Shown: positions 40,838-54,610 of the stretch, piece by piece | How the letters are laid out: each line of letters begins with the position of its first letter | Position numbering within the stretch: the first letter of the stretch is position 1 | Assembly (NCBI GenBank): GCA_002269645.1 | Contig: NIVC01001170.1 | Coordinates: 124,001 to 188,000, forward strand | Direction: 5' to 3' | DNA from: Macrostomum lignano | Taxonomy: Eukaryota | DNA: 64,000 nucleotides | Notes under the pieces: model-generated | The model's database searches: none | Seen by the model: only the letters and a program-made list of their open reading frames with translations | What the model was told of the DNA's origin: nothing | Made by a program: the position numbers and the translations under genes

Positions 40838-41310
40838 CCTGCTATCTGGGGGTGCTTGCTATCTGGTGGTGCTTGCTATCTGGGGGTGCTTGCTATCTGG
40901 AGGTGCTTGCTATCTGGGGGTGCCTGCTATCTGGGGGTGCCTGCTATCTGGGGGTGCTAGCTATCTGGTGGTGCTTGCTATCTGGGGTGCTTGCTATCTG
41001 GGGTGCTTGCTATCTGGGGTGCTTGCTATCTGGGGTGCTTGCTATCTGGGGGTGCTTGCTATCTGGGGTGCTTGCTATCTGGGGGATGCTTGCTATCTGG
41101 GGGGTGCTTGCTATCTGAGGGATGCTTGCTATCTGGGGGGTGCTTGCTATCTGGGGGGATGCTTGCTATCTGGGGGGTGCTTGCTATCTGGGGGGTGCCT
41201 GCTATCTGGGGGGATGCTTGCTATCTGGAGGTGCTTGCTATCTGGGGGTGCCTGCTATCTGGGGGGGATGCTTGCTATCTGGAGGTGCTTGCTATCTGGG
41301 GGGATGCTTG
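40838..41310 (+). repeat. G-rich 15-16 bp minisatellite (GRTGCTTGCTATCTGGGG)n; also at 44545-45030 and 48837-49470
   Basis: Direct reading; explains the GACYL/MLAIW ORFs. Confidence 0.96.
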
Positions 41311-41460
41311 CTGTCTTAGGATGTTTTCTTTTCGCATTGCACTTCATCTGAGCAGTTTTTCTATTGACTATGTGAAGGCTTTGTTTGGCCATCTTATTGA
41401 TACTTGTAGAGAACAGAGATTCTATCTAGATGTCCCCCATCGGGGGGCGAAGATTGCTAG

Positions 41461-44400
41461 TATATATACTAAAAATGAGTTGTCTGTCGGTATGCGATAG
41501 ATTTCAGAAAAATTGGCTCAACCGATTTTCTTCAAACTTGCACCATTTGATCAGAAATTTTCCTGGCACGGTACATGCATCCTGGCTAAGAAATTGCTCA
41601 ATGTTAAAGGGGTTAAATATTCGATAAACATGCTTTTTTGCAAAGGTCAAGCCAAATTTTCGACTTGAAATGCATTGTAAGAATGCTAGAGAAAAAACTG
41701 ACTGACTGAATTCCGATTGTGCTAAAGATTGCATCACAACAAGTTGAAAACAGTGCCGAAGAAATGCACACACGACTTGATTGAAATTGCGTAACCATAT
41801 TGCTAACTTAAATTGAGACTGATACTGGCTGACTGAGAAATTGATTATGTCATAACTTTTTACTCCAATTGACTTGCTGTAAGAATTGAATTATAAGGGC
41901 CACAATTCATGTTCTCCAATTGAAAAGAGATAGCCCTGATGCGAACAGACTGGAATGCTAATGTAGCGACCTGGGTTCGAATCTCAGTAGTGCAAAAAGA
42001 TTTTTTTTATTAAAACACCTTAAAAACACAACAAAACTGCTAAACATCAAAGAAGCGCAATGTCAAACATAGAAGAGCCAACATATCGAACATAAAAGAG
42101 TTACCATGTCAAACATAAAAGAGCTACCATGTCGAACATTAAAGAGCTACCATGTCGAACATTAAAGAGCCACCATGTCAAACATAAAAGAGCCACCATG
42201 TCAAACATAAAACAGCCACCATTTCGAACATTAAAGAGCCACCATTTCAAACATTAAAGAGCCACCATTTTGAACATTAAAGAGCCACTATGTCAAACAA
42301 TTAAGAGCCACCATGTCAAACATAAAAGAGCCACTTTGTCGAACATTAAAGAGCCACCATGTCAAACATAAAAGAGCCAACATGTCAGACATTAAAAAGC
42401 CACCGTATCAAACATAAAAGAGTTACCATGTAGAACAAAAAAGATCCACCATGTCGAACATAAAAGAGCCACTATGTCAAACATAAAGAGCCACCATGTC
42501 AAACATTTGGAGCCACCATGTCAAACATATATGTGACTTTATGTCAAATATTAAAGAGCCACCATGTGAAACATTAAAGAGCCACCATGTCAAACATTTA
42601 AGAGCCACCATGTCGAACATAAAAGAGCCACAATGTCAAACATTAAAGAGCCACCATTTCAAACCTAAAGGAGCCACCATGTCGAACATTAAAGAGCCAC
42701 CATGTCGAACATAAAAGAGCCACCATATCAAACATAAAAGAGTTACCATGTCAAACATTAAAGAGCCACCATGTCAAACATAAAAGAGACAACATGTCAG
42801 ACATTAAAAAGCCACCGTATCAAACATAAAAGAGTTACCATGTAGAACATTAAAGAGCCACCATTTCAAACCTAAAAGAGCCACCATGTCAAACATTAAA
42901 GAGCCACCATGTCGAACATTCAAAAGCCACCATGTCAAACATTAAAGAGCCACCATGTTGAACATAAAAGAGCCACCATATCAAACATAAAAGAGTTACC
43001 ATGTCAAACATTAAAGAGCCACCATATCGAACATTAAAGAGCAGCCATGTCAAACATTAAAGAGCCACATTGTCAAGCATTAAACACCCACCATTTCAAA
43101 TCTAAAAGAGCCACCATGTCAAACATTAAAAGAGCCACCATGTCAAACATTAAGAAGCCACCATGTCAAACATTAAAGAGCCACCATTTAAAACCTAAAG
43201 GAGCCACCATGTCGAACATACAAGAGCCACCATGTCAAACATTAAAGAGCCACCGTTTCAAACCTAAAAGAGCCACCATGTCGAACATTAAAAAGCCACC
43301 ATGTCAAACATTAAAGAGCCACAATGTCAAACATTAAAGAGCCAAAATTTCAAACCTAAAGGAACCACCATGTCGAACATTAAAGAGCCACCATGTGAAA
43401 CATAAAAGAGCCACCATGTCGAACATAAAACAGACACCATTAAGAACATTAAAGAGCCACCATGTCGAACATTAAAGAGCCACCATGTCGAACATTAAAG
43501 AGCCACCATGTCAAACATAAAAGAGCCACCATTTCGAAAATTAAGGAGCCACCATTTCGAAAATTAAAGAGCCACAATGTTAAACATTTAAGAGCCACCA
43601 TTTCAAACCTAAAGGAGCCACTATGTCAAACATAAAAGAGCCACCATATCGAACATAAAAGAGTCACCATGTTAAAAATTAAAGAGCCACCATGTCGAAC
43701 ATTAAAGAGCCACCATTAAGAACATTAAAGAGCCACCATGTCAAACATTAAAAAGCCACCATGTCGAACATTAAAGAGCCACCTTATCAAACATTAAAGA
43801 GCCACCATGTCGAACATTAAAGTGCCACCATATCAAACATAAAAGAGTTACCATGTTAAAAATTAAAGAGCCACCATGTCGAACAATAAAGAGCCACCAT
43901 GTCAAACATAAAACAGACACCATTAAGAACATTAAAGAGCCACCATGTCGAACATTAAAGAGCCACCATGTCGAACATAAAAGAGCCACCATTTCGAAAA
44001 AGGGAGCCACCATTTCAAACCTAAAAGAGCCACCATGTCGAACATTAAAAAGCCACCATGTCGAACATTAAAGAGCCACCATGTCGAACATTAAAAAGCC
44101 AACATGTCGAACATTAAAAAGCCAACATGTCAAACATAAAAGAGCCACCATGTCAAACCTAAAAAAGCCACCATGTCAAACATAGAAGAGCCACTATGTC
44201 AAACATAAAAAAGCCACCATGTCAAACATAGAAGAGCCACTATGTCAAACATAAAAGAGCCACCATGTCAAACATAAAAGAGCCACCATGTCAAACATAA
44301 AAGAGCCACCATGTCAAACATAAAAGAGCCACCATGTCAAACATAAAAGAGCCACCATGTCAAACATAGAAGAGCCACCATGTCAAACATAGAAGAGCCA

Positions 44401-45181
44401 CTATGTCAAACATAAAAGAGCCACCATATCAAACATTCAAGATATACAATTTCAAATGTAAAGGTATAAAGCGCCATGCCAATTTAAAGGAGCCACTATA
44501 AAGCTAAGGAAATTGTCGCTCTAGCTACTTATTGTCTGGTGGATGGTTGCTATTTGGGGATGCTATCTATCTGGGGGATGCTTGCTATTTGGAGGATGCT
44601 TGCTTTCTGGGGATGCTTGCTATCTGGGCGATGCTTGCAATTTGGGGGATGCTTGCTATCTGAGGGATGCTTGCTATCTGGTGGATGCTTGCTATCTGAG
44701 GGATGCTTGCTATCTGAGTGATGCTTGCTATCTGGGGGATGCTTGCTATCTGGTGGATGCTTGCTATCTGAGGGATGCTTGCTATCTGAGTGATGCTTGC
44801 TATCTGGGGGATGCTTGCTATCTGAGGGATGCTTGCTATCTGGGGAATGTTTGCTATCTGGGGAATGCTTGCTATCTGGGGAATGCTTGCTATCTGGGGG
44901 ATGTTTGCTATCTGGGGGATGCTTGCTATCTGGGGGATGCTTGCTATCTGGGGGATGCTTGCTATCTGGGGATGCTTGCTATTTGAGGGATGCTTGCTAT
45001 CTGGGGAATGCTTGCTATCTGGGGGATGCTTGTGGTCTTGGGAAGATTTCTTATTGCAATTCACTTCATTTGAGCAGTTTGTCTGTTGTCTTTGTGAAGG
45101 ATTTTTTGGCTGTCTTTTTGTTACTTGTAGAGAACAGAGATTCTATCCAGATGTCCCCCATCGGGGGGCGAAGATTGCTAG
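41461..45181 (+). mobile_element. Non-autonomous Helitron, copy 2 (head-to-tail with copy 1)
   Basis: Junction CTAG|TATATATACTAAAAATG; same unique head, arrays, hairpin and CTAG end. Confidence 0.85.
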
Positions 45182-48100
45182 TCCAATATACTAAAAATGA
45201 GTTGTCTGTCGGTATGCGATAGATTTCAGAAAAAATGGCTCAACCGATTTTCTTCAAACTTGCACCATTCGATCAGAAATGTTCCTGGGACGGTACATGC
45301 ATCTTGGCTAAGAAATTGCTCAATGTTAAAGGGATTAAATATTCGAAAAACATGCTTTTTTGCAAAGGTCAAGCCAAATTTTTGACTTGAAATGCATTGT
45401 AAGAATGCTAGAGAAAAAACTGACTGGCTGAATTACGATTGTGATAAAGATTGCATCACAACAAGTTGAAAACAGTGCCACAGAAACGCACACAAGACTT
45501 GATTGAAATTGCGTAACCATATTGCTAACTTGAATTGAGGCTGATACTGGCTGACTGAGAAATTGATTATGTCATAACTTTTTACTCTAACCGACTTGCT
45601 ATAAGTATTGAATTATAAGGGCCACAAGTCATGTTCTCCAATTGAAAAGAGATAGCCGGATGCAAACAGACTGGAATGCTAATGTAGCGACCTTGGTTCG
45701 AATCTTAGTAGTGAAAAATGTTTTTTATATTAAAACACCTTAAAAAACACAAAATTCTAAACATTAAAGAGCCACCATTTCAATCCTAAAAGAGCCACCA
45801 TGTCGAACATTAAAGAGCCACCATGTCGAACATAAAAGAGCCACCATATCAAACATTAAAGAGCCACCATTTCAAACATTAAAGAGCCACAATGTCAAAC
45901 ATTAAAGAGCCACCATTTCAAACCTAAAAGAGCCACCATGTCGAACATAAAAGAGCCACCATATAAAACAATAAAGAGCCACCATTTCAAACATTAAAGA
46001 GCCACAATGTCAAACATTAAAGAGCCACCATTTCAAACCTAAAAGAGCCACCATGTCGAACATTAAAGAGCCACCATGTCGAACATAAAAGAGCCACCAT
46101 ATCAAACATTAAAGAGCCACCATTTCAAACATTAAAGAGCCACAATGTCAAACATTAAAGAGCCACCATTTCAAACCTAAAAGAGCCACCATGTCGAACA
46201 TTAAAGAGCCATCATGTTGAACATAAAAGAGCCACCATATCAAACATAAAAGAGTTACCATGTCAAACATTAAAGAGCCACCATGTTGAACATTAAAGAG
46301 CCACAATGTCAAACATTAAAGAGCCACCATTTCAAACCTAAAAGAGCCACCATGTCAAACATTAAAGAGCCACAATGGCAAACATTAAAGAGACACCATT
46401 AAGAACATTAAAGAGCCACCATGTCGAACATTAAAGAGCCACCATATCAAACATTAAAGAGCCACCATGTCGAACATTAAAGTGCCACCATATCAAACAT
46501 TAAAGAGCCACCTTGTCAAATATTAAAGAGCCACAATGTCAAACATTAAAGAGCCACCATGTCGAACATAAAAGAGCCACCATGTAGAACATAAAAGAGT
46601 CACCATGTCAAACATTAAAGAGCCACCATGTAAAACATTAAAGAGCCAACATGTCGAACATAAAAGAGGTACCATGTCAAACATTAAAGACCCACCAGGT
46701 CAAACATGAAAGTGCCACTATGTCAAATATTAAAAAGCCACCATGTCAAACATTAAAGAGCCACCAGGTCAAACATGAAAGTGCCGCCATATAAAACATT
46801 AAAGAGCCACCATGTCAAACATTAAAGAGCCACCAGGTCAAACATATACATGACTCCATGTCAAACATTAAAGAGCCACCATGTCGAACATAAAAGGGCC
46901 ACCATGTCAAACATTAAAGAGCCACCAGGTCAAACATGAAAGTGCCACCATGTAAAACATTAAAGAGCTACCATATCAGACATATACATGACTCCATGTC
47001 AAACATATACGTGACTCCATGTTAGACATTAAAGAGCCACCATGTCGAACATTAAAGATCTAACGTGTTAAAAATACAAGAGCCACCATGTCAAACATAG
47101 ACATGACTCCATGTCAAACATTGAAGAGACACCATGTCGAACATAAAAGAGCCACCATGCAAAACATAAAAGAGCCACCATGTCTAACATTAAAGAGCCA
47201 CCATGGCAAACATATACATGACTCTATGTCGAACAATCAAGAGCCACCATGTCAAACATATACATGACTCCATGTCAAACGTTAAAGAGACACCATGTCA
47301 AACATTAAAGAGCCACCATGTCAAAAATTTAAGAGCCACCAGGTCAAACATGAAAGTGCCACCATGTAAAACATTAAAGAGCCACCATGTCAAACATATA
47401 CGTAACTCCATGTCAAACATTGAAGCGACACCATGTCGAACATTAAAGAGCCACCATGTCAAACATAAAAGAGCCATCATGTCAAACATTTAAGAGCCAC
47501 TTTGTCTAACATTAAAGAGCCACCATGTCAAACATTAGAGAGCCACCATGTCAAACATAAAAGAGCCATCATGTCAAACATTTAAGAGCCACTTTGTCTA
47601 ACATTAAAGAGCCACCATGTCTAACATTAAAGAGCCACCATGTCAAACATTAAAGAGCCCCCATGTCAGACATTGAAAAGCCACCGTATCAAACATAAAA
47701 GAGTTACCATGTAGAACATAAAAGAGCCATCATATCAACAAAAAGGAGCCACCATGTCAAACATAAAAGAGCCACCATGTCGAACATAAAAGAGCCACCA
47801 TGTCAACATAAAAGAGCCACCATGTCAAACATAAAAGAGCCACCATGCCAAACAAAAAAGAGCCACCATTTCGAACATAAAAGAGCCACCATGTCAAACA
47901 TATACTATACGTGTCTCTATGTCAAACATTAAAGCGCCATCATGGTGAAAATTAAAGAGCCACCCTCTCAAACATAAAAGAGCCACTATGTCAAACATAT
48001 ATGTGACTCCATGTCAAACATTGAACATAAAAGAGAGACCATGTCAAAACATTATTGAGCCACCATGTCAAACATTAAAAAGCTTGTTTGTTTACTCATA

Positions 48101-49604
48101 AAAGAGATAAAACACATAAAAGAGCCACCATGTCAAACATATATGACTCCATGTCAAACCTTAAACATAAAAAAGACACCATGTCACACATAAGGGAGCC
48201 GCCATGTCAAACATAGAAGAGCCACCATGTCGAACATTAAAGAGCCACCATTTCAAACATTAAAAAGCTATGATGTCAAACACAAAAGAGCCACCATGTC
48301 AAACATAGAAGAGACACCATGGCAAACATAGAGGAGCCACCATGTCAAACAATAAAGAGCTACCATGTCAAACATAGAAGAGCCACCATGTCAAACATTA
48401 AAGAGCTATCATGTCAAACACAAAAGAGCCACCACATCAAATATAGAAGACACCATGTCAAATATAGAAGAGCCACCATGTCAAACATTAAAGAGCTATC
48501 ATGTCAAACACAAAAGAGCTACCATGTCAAACATAGAAGAGCCACCATGTCAAACATTAAAGAGCTATCATGTCAAACACAAAAGAGCTACCATGACAAA
48601 TATAGAAGAGCCACCATGTCAAACATTAAAGAGCCACCATGTCAAACATAAAAGAGCCACCATGTCTGACATTAAAAAGCCATCGTTTCAAACATAAAAC
48701 AGTTGCCATGTAGAACTTAAAACAGCCACCATGTCAAACATAAAATTTACACAATTTCAAACATAAAAGTAAGCGAATTTTAAAGGAGCCACTATAATGC
48801 TAAGGAAATTGTCGCACTAGCTACTTATTGTCTGGTGGATGCTTGCTATTTGGGGATGCTATCTATGTAGGGGATGCTTGCTCTCTGGAAGATGCTTGCT
48901 ATCTGGGGGATGCTTGCTAACTGGGGGATGCTTGCTATCTTGGGAATGCTTGCTATCTGGGATGCTTGGTATCTGGGGGATGCTTGCTATCTGGGGGATG
49001 CTTGCTATCTGGGGGATGCTTGCTATCTGGGGGATGCTTGCTATCTGGGGGATGCTTGCTATCTGGGGATGCTTACTATCTGGGGTCTGGGGGAATGCTT
49101 GCTATCTGGGGGATGCTTGCTATCTGGGGTTGCTTTCTATCGGGGGATGCTTGCTATCTGGGGTTGCTTTCTATCGGGGGATGCTTGCTATCTGGGGTTG
49201 CTTTCTATCGGGGGATGCTTGCTATCTGGGGTTGCTTTCTATCGGGGGATGCTTGCTATCTGGGGTTGCTTTCTATCGGGGGATGCTTGCTATCTGGGGT
49301 TGCTTTCTATTGGGGGATGCTTGCTATCTGGGGTTGCTTTCTATCGGGGGATGCTTGCTATCTGGGGATGCTTGCAGTCTGGGGATGCTTGCAGTCTGGG
49401 GATGCTTGCAGTCTGGGGGATGCTTGCTATTTGGGGATCGATGCTTGAATGCTGTCTGAGGATGCTTGCTGTCTTGGGATGTTTTGTTTTTAAGAGGGAA
49501 TGTCTGTTGTTTTTTTATGAAGGCTTTTTTTGCTGTCTATTTGTTATTTGTAAAGAACAAGGATTCTATCCAGATGTCCCCCATCGGGGGGCAAAGATTG
49601 CTAG
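45182..49604 (+). mobile_element. Non-autonomous Helitron, copy 3 (head-to-tail with copy 2)
   Basis: Junction CTAG|TCCAATATACTAAAAATG; ends with hairpin and CTAG|T at 49604. Confidence 0.85.
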
Positions 49605-52006
49605 TGGTATACTAAAACTAAAAAATCAAAATTGTTACATGTACATGTATAAACCATGTAGACTCCTCCATGAATATGAGCCCTGATAAGCTGTTAGTGT
49701 TGAATAAGAATTACTAATGGCTTGCTTAAGTTTCCTTAATTCAGATCAGCAAATGCGTACATGTACATGTAAATGTGTACTTTTGCGCGTACATGTGTCA
49801 AAATTTTGTCTGCATGGACTTGGTCGATCACGATCGTGCCTGAGCGTAACGTACACATTACGATTATGCGTATTTTAAATTCTGCCGAATCCTAGCTGTG
49901 AGTGTGACGAATAAGGCGAATAAAGACGGATTTGTGTAGCGGTTAATTTAGATAGTTCACGATTAATTAGCAGATCGGCAAGCCGCTTCAACCCTTAGAC
50001 TTTTGCTAGTGCTACTTAAAATTGCTGGATCACTTAATTAATTAATTGGTGTGCCAAGGTAGACGGCGGAAGAGTTGGTGTAAGGAGGCCAGACAGCGTC
50101 ACAGCTAAGGGTTAGCGAGCCTAGGTCGAGAAGCGAAGCAAGGGGAAGGGCGAGAGCGGCTGCTGACTGTAGTGCAAGCATATATTTAAAGGTAAACAGA
50201 TAACAACAACACCCTTAATCCAAAACCCAGACAAAAAACCCCCCACGCGGACGCGGCGCGCAATGTACATGTACAAATTAATCGATAATATATATCGTGC
50301 AAGAATAACATCGCGTCAGTACATGTACATAGGTAGAACTACTTTACGAGAAATAATAACGATATGAATGAAATACAAATAATAGAATAAATACATACGA
50401 GGCTACAAAAACAAAGCAATTAACAGTAAAAATAGCCCGATAATAATACGTAAGAATATTGTTAAAATAAATGAAATAATACAGTGGTAGTACGGTATGC
50501 ATATGAAAATAAATAAATACGATACACGCTTCTACGAATCACACTGTCACATGAGTATAGAGCAGGGCCATTAAGCAATAAAGTTCAAAGAGTTAAGATT
50601 CAGAGTGATTTAAGGCTATCTGAGTGAGAAACTGCATGTACATAATGCAGGGCTGCGTATTTTGTTGTTGTTGTTGACATGAAAAGCGAGAGCAACGCAT
50701 GTAGCTGGTACTGTACATGTGAGATTCTACTTCATCTTTTCCATACCGCACGACTCCAGAGTCTCCAGAGTATTTGAAAAAGTCGTCTAGAATCAAAGAA
50801 AACTAATTAGCAGTTTGACATAGTAACTACAAATTCTGATTTTCAGTTTATAGTTCCGGAATGTACCATTTTTAACTAAATATAAAAACTTTTGCTCTTT
50901 TGCTAGAGTCGTTTTTTATTAGACTTCTGTAGGGTTTTACAGTACAAAGGTACAAAAGTTTATGTTTTTTAAATACAGCAATAATGTAATTTATGGTATG
51001 ATTGGCTGTATTTATTCAACATAAACTCATTTATAATTTATCGGCCTGAAGACGAAGACTAAGTAAGACGAAGTTACCTACGTTTTGTCTTGTATGTGTA
51101 TTTTATAGCTCATACTCTTAAACTATTGCTTCTGAATATTACAACTGAAAAATAATATAACTATACAGTTAAAATGACAGACTGAATTAATTGTCACCAA
51201 TGATAGTATGGTACTAATGAGTTTCACTTCAAACTTCGCATTTCAACTTGTTATACAACCACCAATGATATATGATAAATATGTAATTTAAAGTATACAG
51301 TGATTCAAAAACATCAGTGGCATAATAATACAGCCGATTTCTCACTGATTTTTTGAAATCTCAAGCTACAGAGGTATAGATGCTCGTAAATTATCCCGAT
51401 ACTAATATAGTTCTTTTAGGTTTTAAAGTAAAAAACAAAGGCCTAATTTCTTTACTTGTTTACAACATCGTAATACAGTCAAATTATACGTATTAACTGC
51501 TTTACATATGTGCATTTAAAAGCTAATAAATAATTAGGAATTTTATTACTGTTAGCAAGTAACAACTACATTTCAATTTTAGCTACAATTAGTCTAGTTT
51601 TCTAATTTAACTAGAAAAGTTCTTCAAAGAAAGAAAGATTCTTATTGAAAGAAATAAACTGATAAAATTTAATATTGGAATATGTAATAAAGAAAACTGA
51701 TTGAATGGCTTTAAAAACATATATTTTAATGAGAATAATGTTTCAAAAATTAAAATTTATTGATGCAATAATTGCCTAGTAAGAGCATTCTAATAGCTCT
51801 TCAATAATTCTTCCTGAGTGGTTTTTATTTAGATGAATTATTGCAATGCTTCAATGAGGATTTTTTTCTTTTTTCAATGAAGTCAGCTTAACAGATAAGT
51901 AAGATTTCATTGGAATTTAAGCTTACAATCGCAATTCAACTTTTCTGCCATATTAATCAATAAGTAAACCGAAACTTGACAAGTTGCAATCTGCAGTCAG
52001 GCCCTG

Positions 52007-52225
52007 ATGGACTCGGACCATGTGCCAATCAAGCGCACCAGGACTCGCTCGTCTGAGCAGAGCGGATTGCTCGATCGATCGCTGGTGCTCAAATGGCCGA
52101 AAGAGGAGCTGCAGGACAGGTTACTGACCCTCTATCACGAACACAGCCAGCTGAAGGAGAAAATGCGGGAACAGGAGGATGCGCTCAAGAACTCGAAGCT
52201 GGTGCAGACAAAAACGCAAGAAAAG
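52007..52225 (+). CDS. RPGRIP1L: RPGRIP1L/MKS5 (fantom)-family protein, exon 1
   Basis: EELQDRLLTLYHEHSQLKEKMREQED matches the recalled human [26 protein letters not shown]; donor AAG|GTGAGC, phase 0; upstream acceptor CTGCAG at 51996. Confidence 0.85.
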
Positions 52226-52517
52226 GTGAGCCACGGAAGAGACTAAAAACCGTTTGTACTTTTTTCGTAGGAAGTCGAGGTGCCCATGGGCGCAATAAGC
52301 AAAAAAATTAACAGACATTATTCTTTTTTATTATTATGAAAATAAATCTGCCTTAATTAAATCTCTGTCTGTATCAACTTAATGGAGAATTGAATTTGAA
52401 TATATAGAAATTATAATGATAAGCTGACTGGTATAGCTTAGCTGTCCACTATACTTTATTATCTTCCAACTCAGCACACTCATTATTTGTCATCCTTATT
52501 GTTCATCGTCTCTACTC

Positions 52518-53074
52518 TTCATCATTCCTATCCTTCATCATCCCTATCCTTCATCATCCCTATCCTTCATCATCCCTATCCTTCATCATCCCTATCCTTC
52601 ATCATCCCTATCCTTCATCATCCCTATCCTTCATCATCCCTATCCTTCATCATCCCTATCCTTCATCATCCCTATCCTTCATCATCCCCATCCTTCATCA
52701 TCCCTATCCTTCATCATCCCTATCCTTCATCATCCCTATCCTTCATCATCCCTATCCTTCATCAACCCTATCCTTCATCATCCCTATCCTTCATCATCCC
52801 TATCCTTCATCATCCCTATCCTTCATCATCCCTATCCTTCATCATCCCTATCCTTCATCATCCCTATCCTTCATCATCCCTATCCTTCATCATCCCTATC
52901 CTTCATCATCCCTATCCTTCATCATCCCTATCCTTCATCATCCCTATCCTTCATCAACCCTATCCTTCATCATCCCTATCCTTCATCATCCCTATCCTTC
53001 ATCATCCCTATCCTTCATCATCCCTATCCTTCATCATCCCTATCCTTCATCATCCCTATCCTTCATCATCCCTA
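52518..53074 (+). repeat. 16-bp minisatellite (CATCCCTATCCTTCAT)n, intron 1
   Basis: Direct reading. Confidence 0.96.
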
Positions 53075-53163
53075 TTATTCATCGTCATCAACTCAGCATC
53101 CCTTGTTTTTCATCAATTCGCCAAGTCATTCGTCATCATTGTTCCCAACTCAACCTTGCCCAG

Positions 53164-53529
53164 CTGCGCCAACTGCAGTCCCGGATGGGCGCCTCGCAAG
53201 CTGAGATTCGCGCCACAGATCAAGTTGTGAAGCTGGAGATGAGGCTGGTTGAGCTGGAGAAGCAGAACGCACAGCTGCAGGGCCGGATGGCGCTGAAAAA
53301 TGCGCAGGCCGGGTCGGCCGCTGGCGGCGGGTCGCCGAAACGGCGCGGCGGCTATCGTGGCGGGAGCTCGAGCTCGCGACTGCAAAACCGAGGCCTGTCG
53401 TCCAGTTTTGGAGGCGGCGTGGGCAGCGGCGGCGGTAACTCTGAGGAGGTGCAGCGGCTTCGGCAAGAGGTGGAGTCGCTAAAGGAGCAGCTGAACCTGA
53501 AGGACGTGGAGTTGAAGAGCGCTGCTAAG
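53164..53529 (+). CDS. RPGRIP1L: RPGRIP1L-family exon 2 (coiled coil)
   Basis: CAG|CTG acceptor, AAG|GTTCGT donor, 122 codons; ELEKQNAQLQGR matches the recalled ELEKQNETLKNR. Confidence 0.88.
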
Positions 53530-53671
53530 GTTCGTAATAATACACTACCCATACTATTGATAGTATAATGTTTACCACGAGGCGTAATATCAATACTTCC
53601 TTCTTTTCAAGATTATGCACTCAGAGGCAGTACTTGCTACTGTCAGTAGTACTAGCGCACTTAGAAAATTT

Positions 53672-54178
53672 ATTACTACTGATAGTAGCAGTGTTACTTT
53701 TGTTTTAATACTACTGATAGTAGCAAACTTACTTATATTTTAATACTACTGATAGTAGCAAACTTGCTTATATTTTAATACTACTGATAATAGCAAACTT
53801 GCTTATATTTTAATACTACTGATAGTAGCAAACTTACTTATATTTTAATACTACTGATAATAGCAAACTTGCTTATATTTTAATACTACTGATAATAGCA
53901 AACTTACTTATATTTCAATACTACTGATAATAGCAAACTTACTTATATTTTAATACTACTGATAGTAGCAAACTTGCTTATATTTTAATACTACTGATAA
54001 TAGCAAACTTGCTTATATTTTAATACTACTGATAGTAGCAAACTTACTTATATTTTAATACTACTGATAATAGCAAACTTGCTTATATTACTACTGATAG
54101 TAGCAAACTTACTTATATTTCAATACTACTGATAGTAGCAAACTTTACTTATATTTTAATACTAATGATAGTAGCAGT
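53672..54178 (+). repeat. 35-bp AT-rich minisatellite, intron 2
   Basis: Unit TTAATACTACTGATAGTAGCAAACTTACTTATATT. Confidence 0.94.
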
Positions 54179-54230
54179 CTTAATTCTGTTTCAATACTCT
54201 TGAAATCTTCACAACGCTCCGCGTATCCAG

Positions 54231-54610
54231 GACGCCAACTCTGAGCGAGAGACGGCCCGCATTCAGGCGGGCGGCTCCCAGCTGATGTCGATGCAGGAGG
54301 ATCTCGAGAGAGTGCGGATGCAGCGCCAGCTACGCGAGAAAACCGCCATGGTTGATCAGCTGCAGTTGCGCTGCGACACTCTCGAGGAGCGAATCCGGGA
54401 CCTTCAGTCGGCCAACTCCGCCCTGATGCAGAGCTCCGAGCAGTCAAGACTCAGCGCCCGGCTTCGAGACGAAGAGGCGGCGGCCTCAGCTGGCAGCGAG
54501 GCCGTGAGTCAGGCTACTCAGAAGCGGCTGCTGCAGATGGAGCTGGCTCTGGAGGATGCGAGGGCCGAGGCTCAGATTCTGAGGGAGTCCAATGAGAAAC
54601 TCATCGCCAG
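54231..54610 (+). CDS. RPGRIP1L: RPGRIP1L-family exon 3 (coiled coil)
   Basis: TCCAG|GAC acceptor, AG|GTGAGG donor, phase 2. Confidence 0.88.

Larger units (their letters stand above)
37231..41460 (+). mobile_element. Non-autonomous Helitron, copy 1
   Basis: 5' A|TCCTATATACTAAAAATG; 3' hairpin GTCCCCCATCGGGGGGC, 8 nt, then CTAG. Internal 21-bp and 15-16-bp minisatellites; no Rep/helicase ORF. Confidence 0.85.

Noticed and set aside
37830-48745. Hundreds of perfect Kozak sequences (GCCACCATG) and the MSNIKEPPC ORFs
   Set aside because: Part of the satellite unit; frames are broken by frequent TAA and indels, and there is no sign of a coding role.
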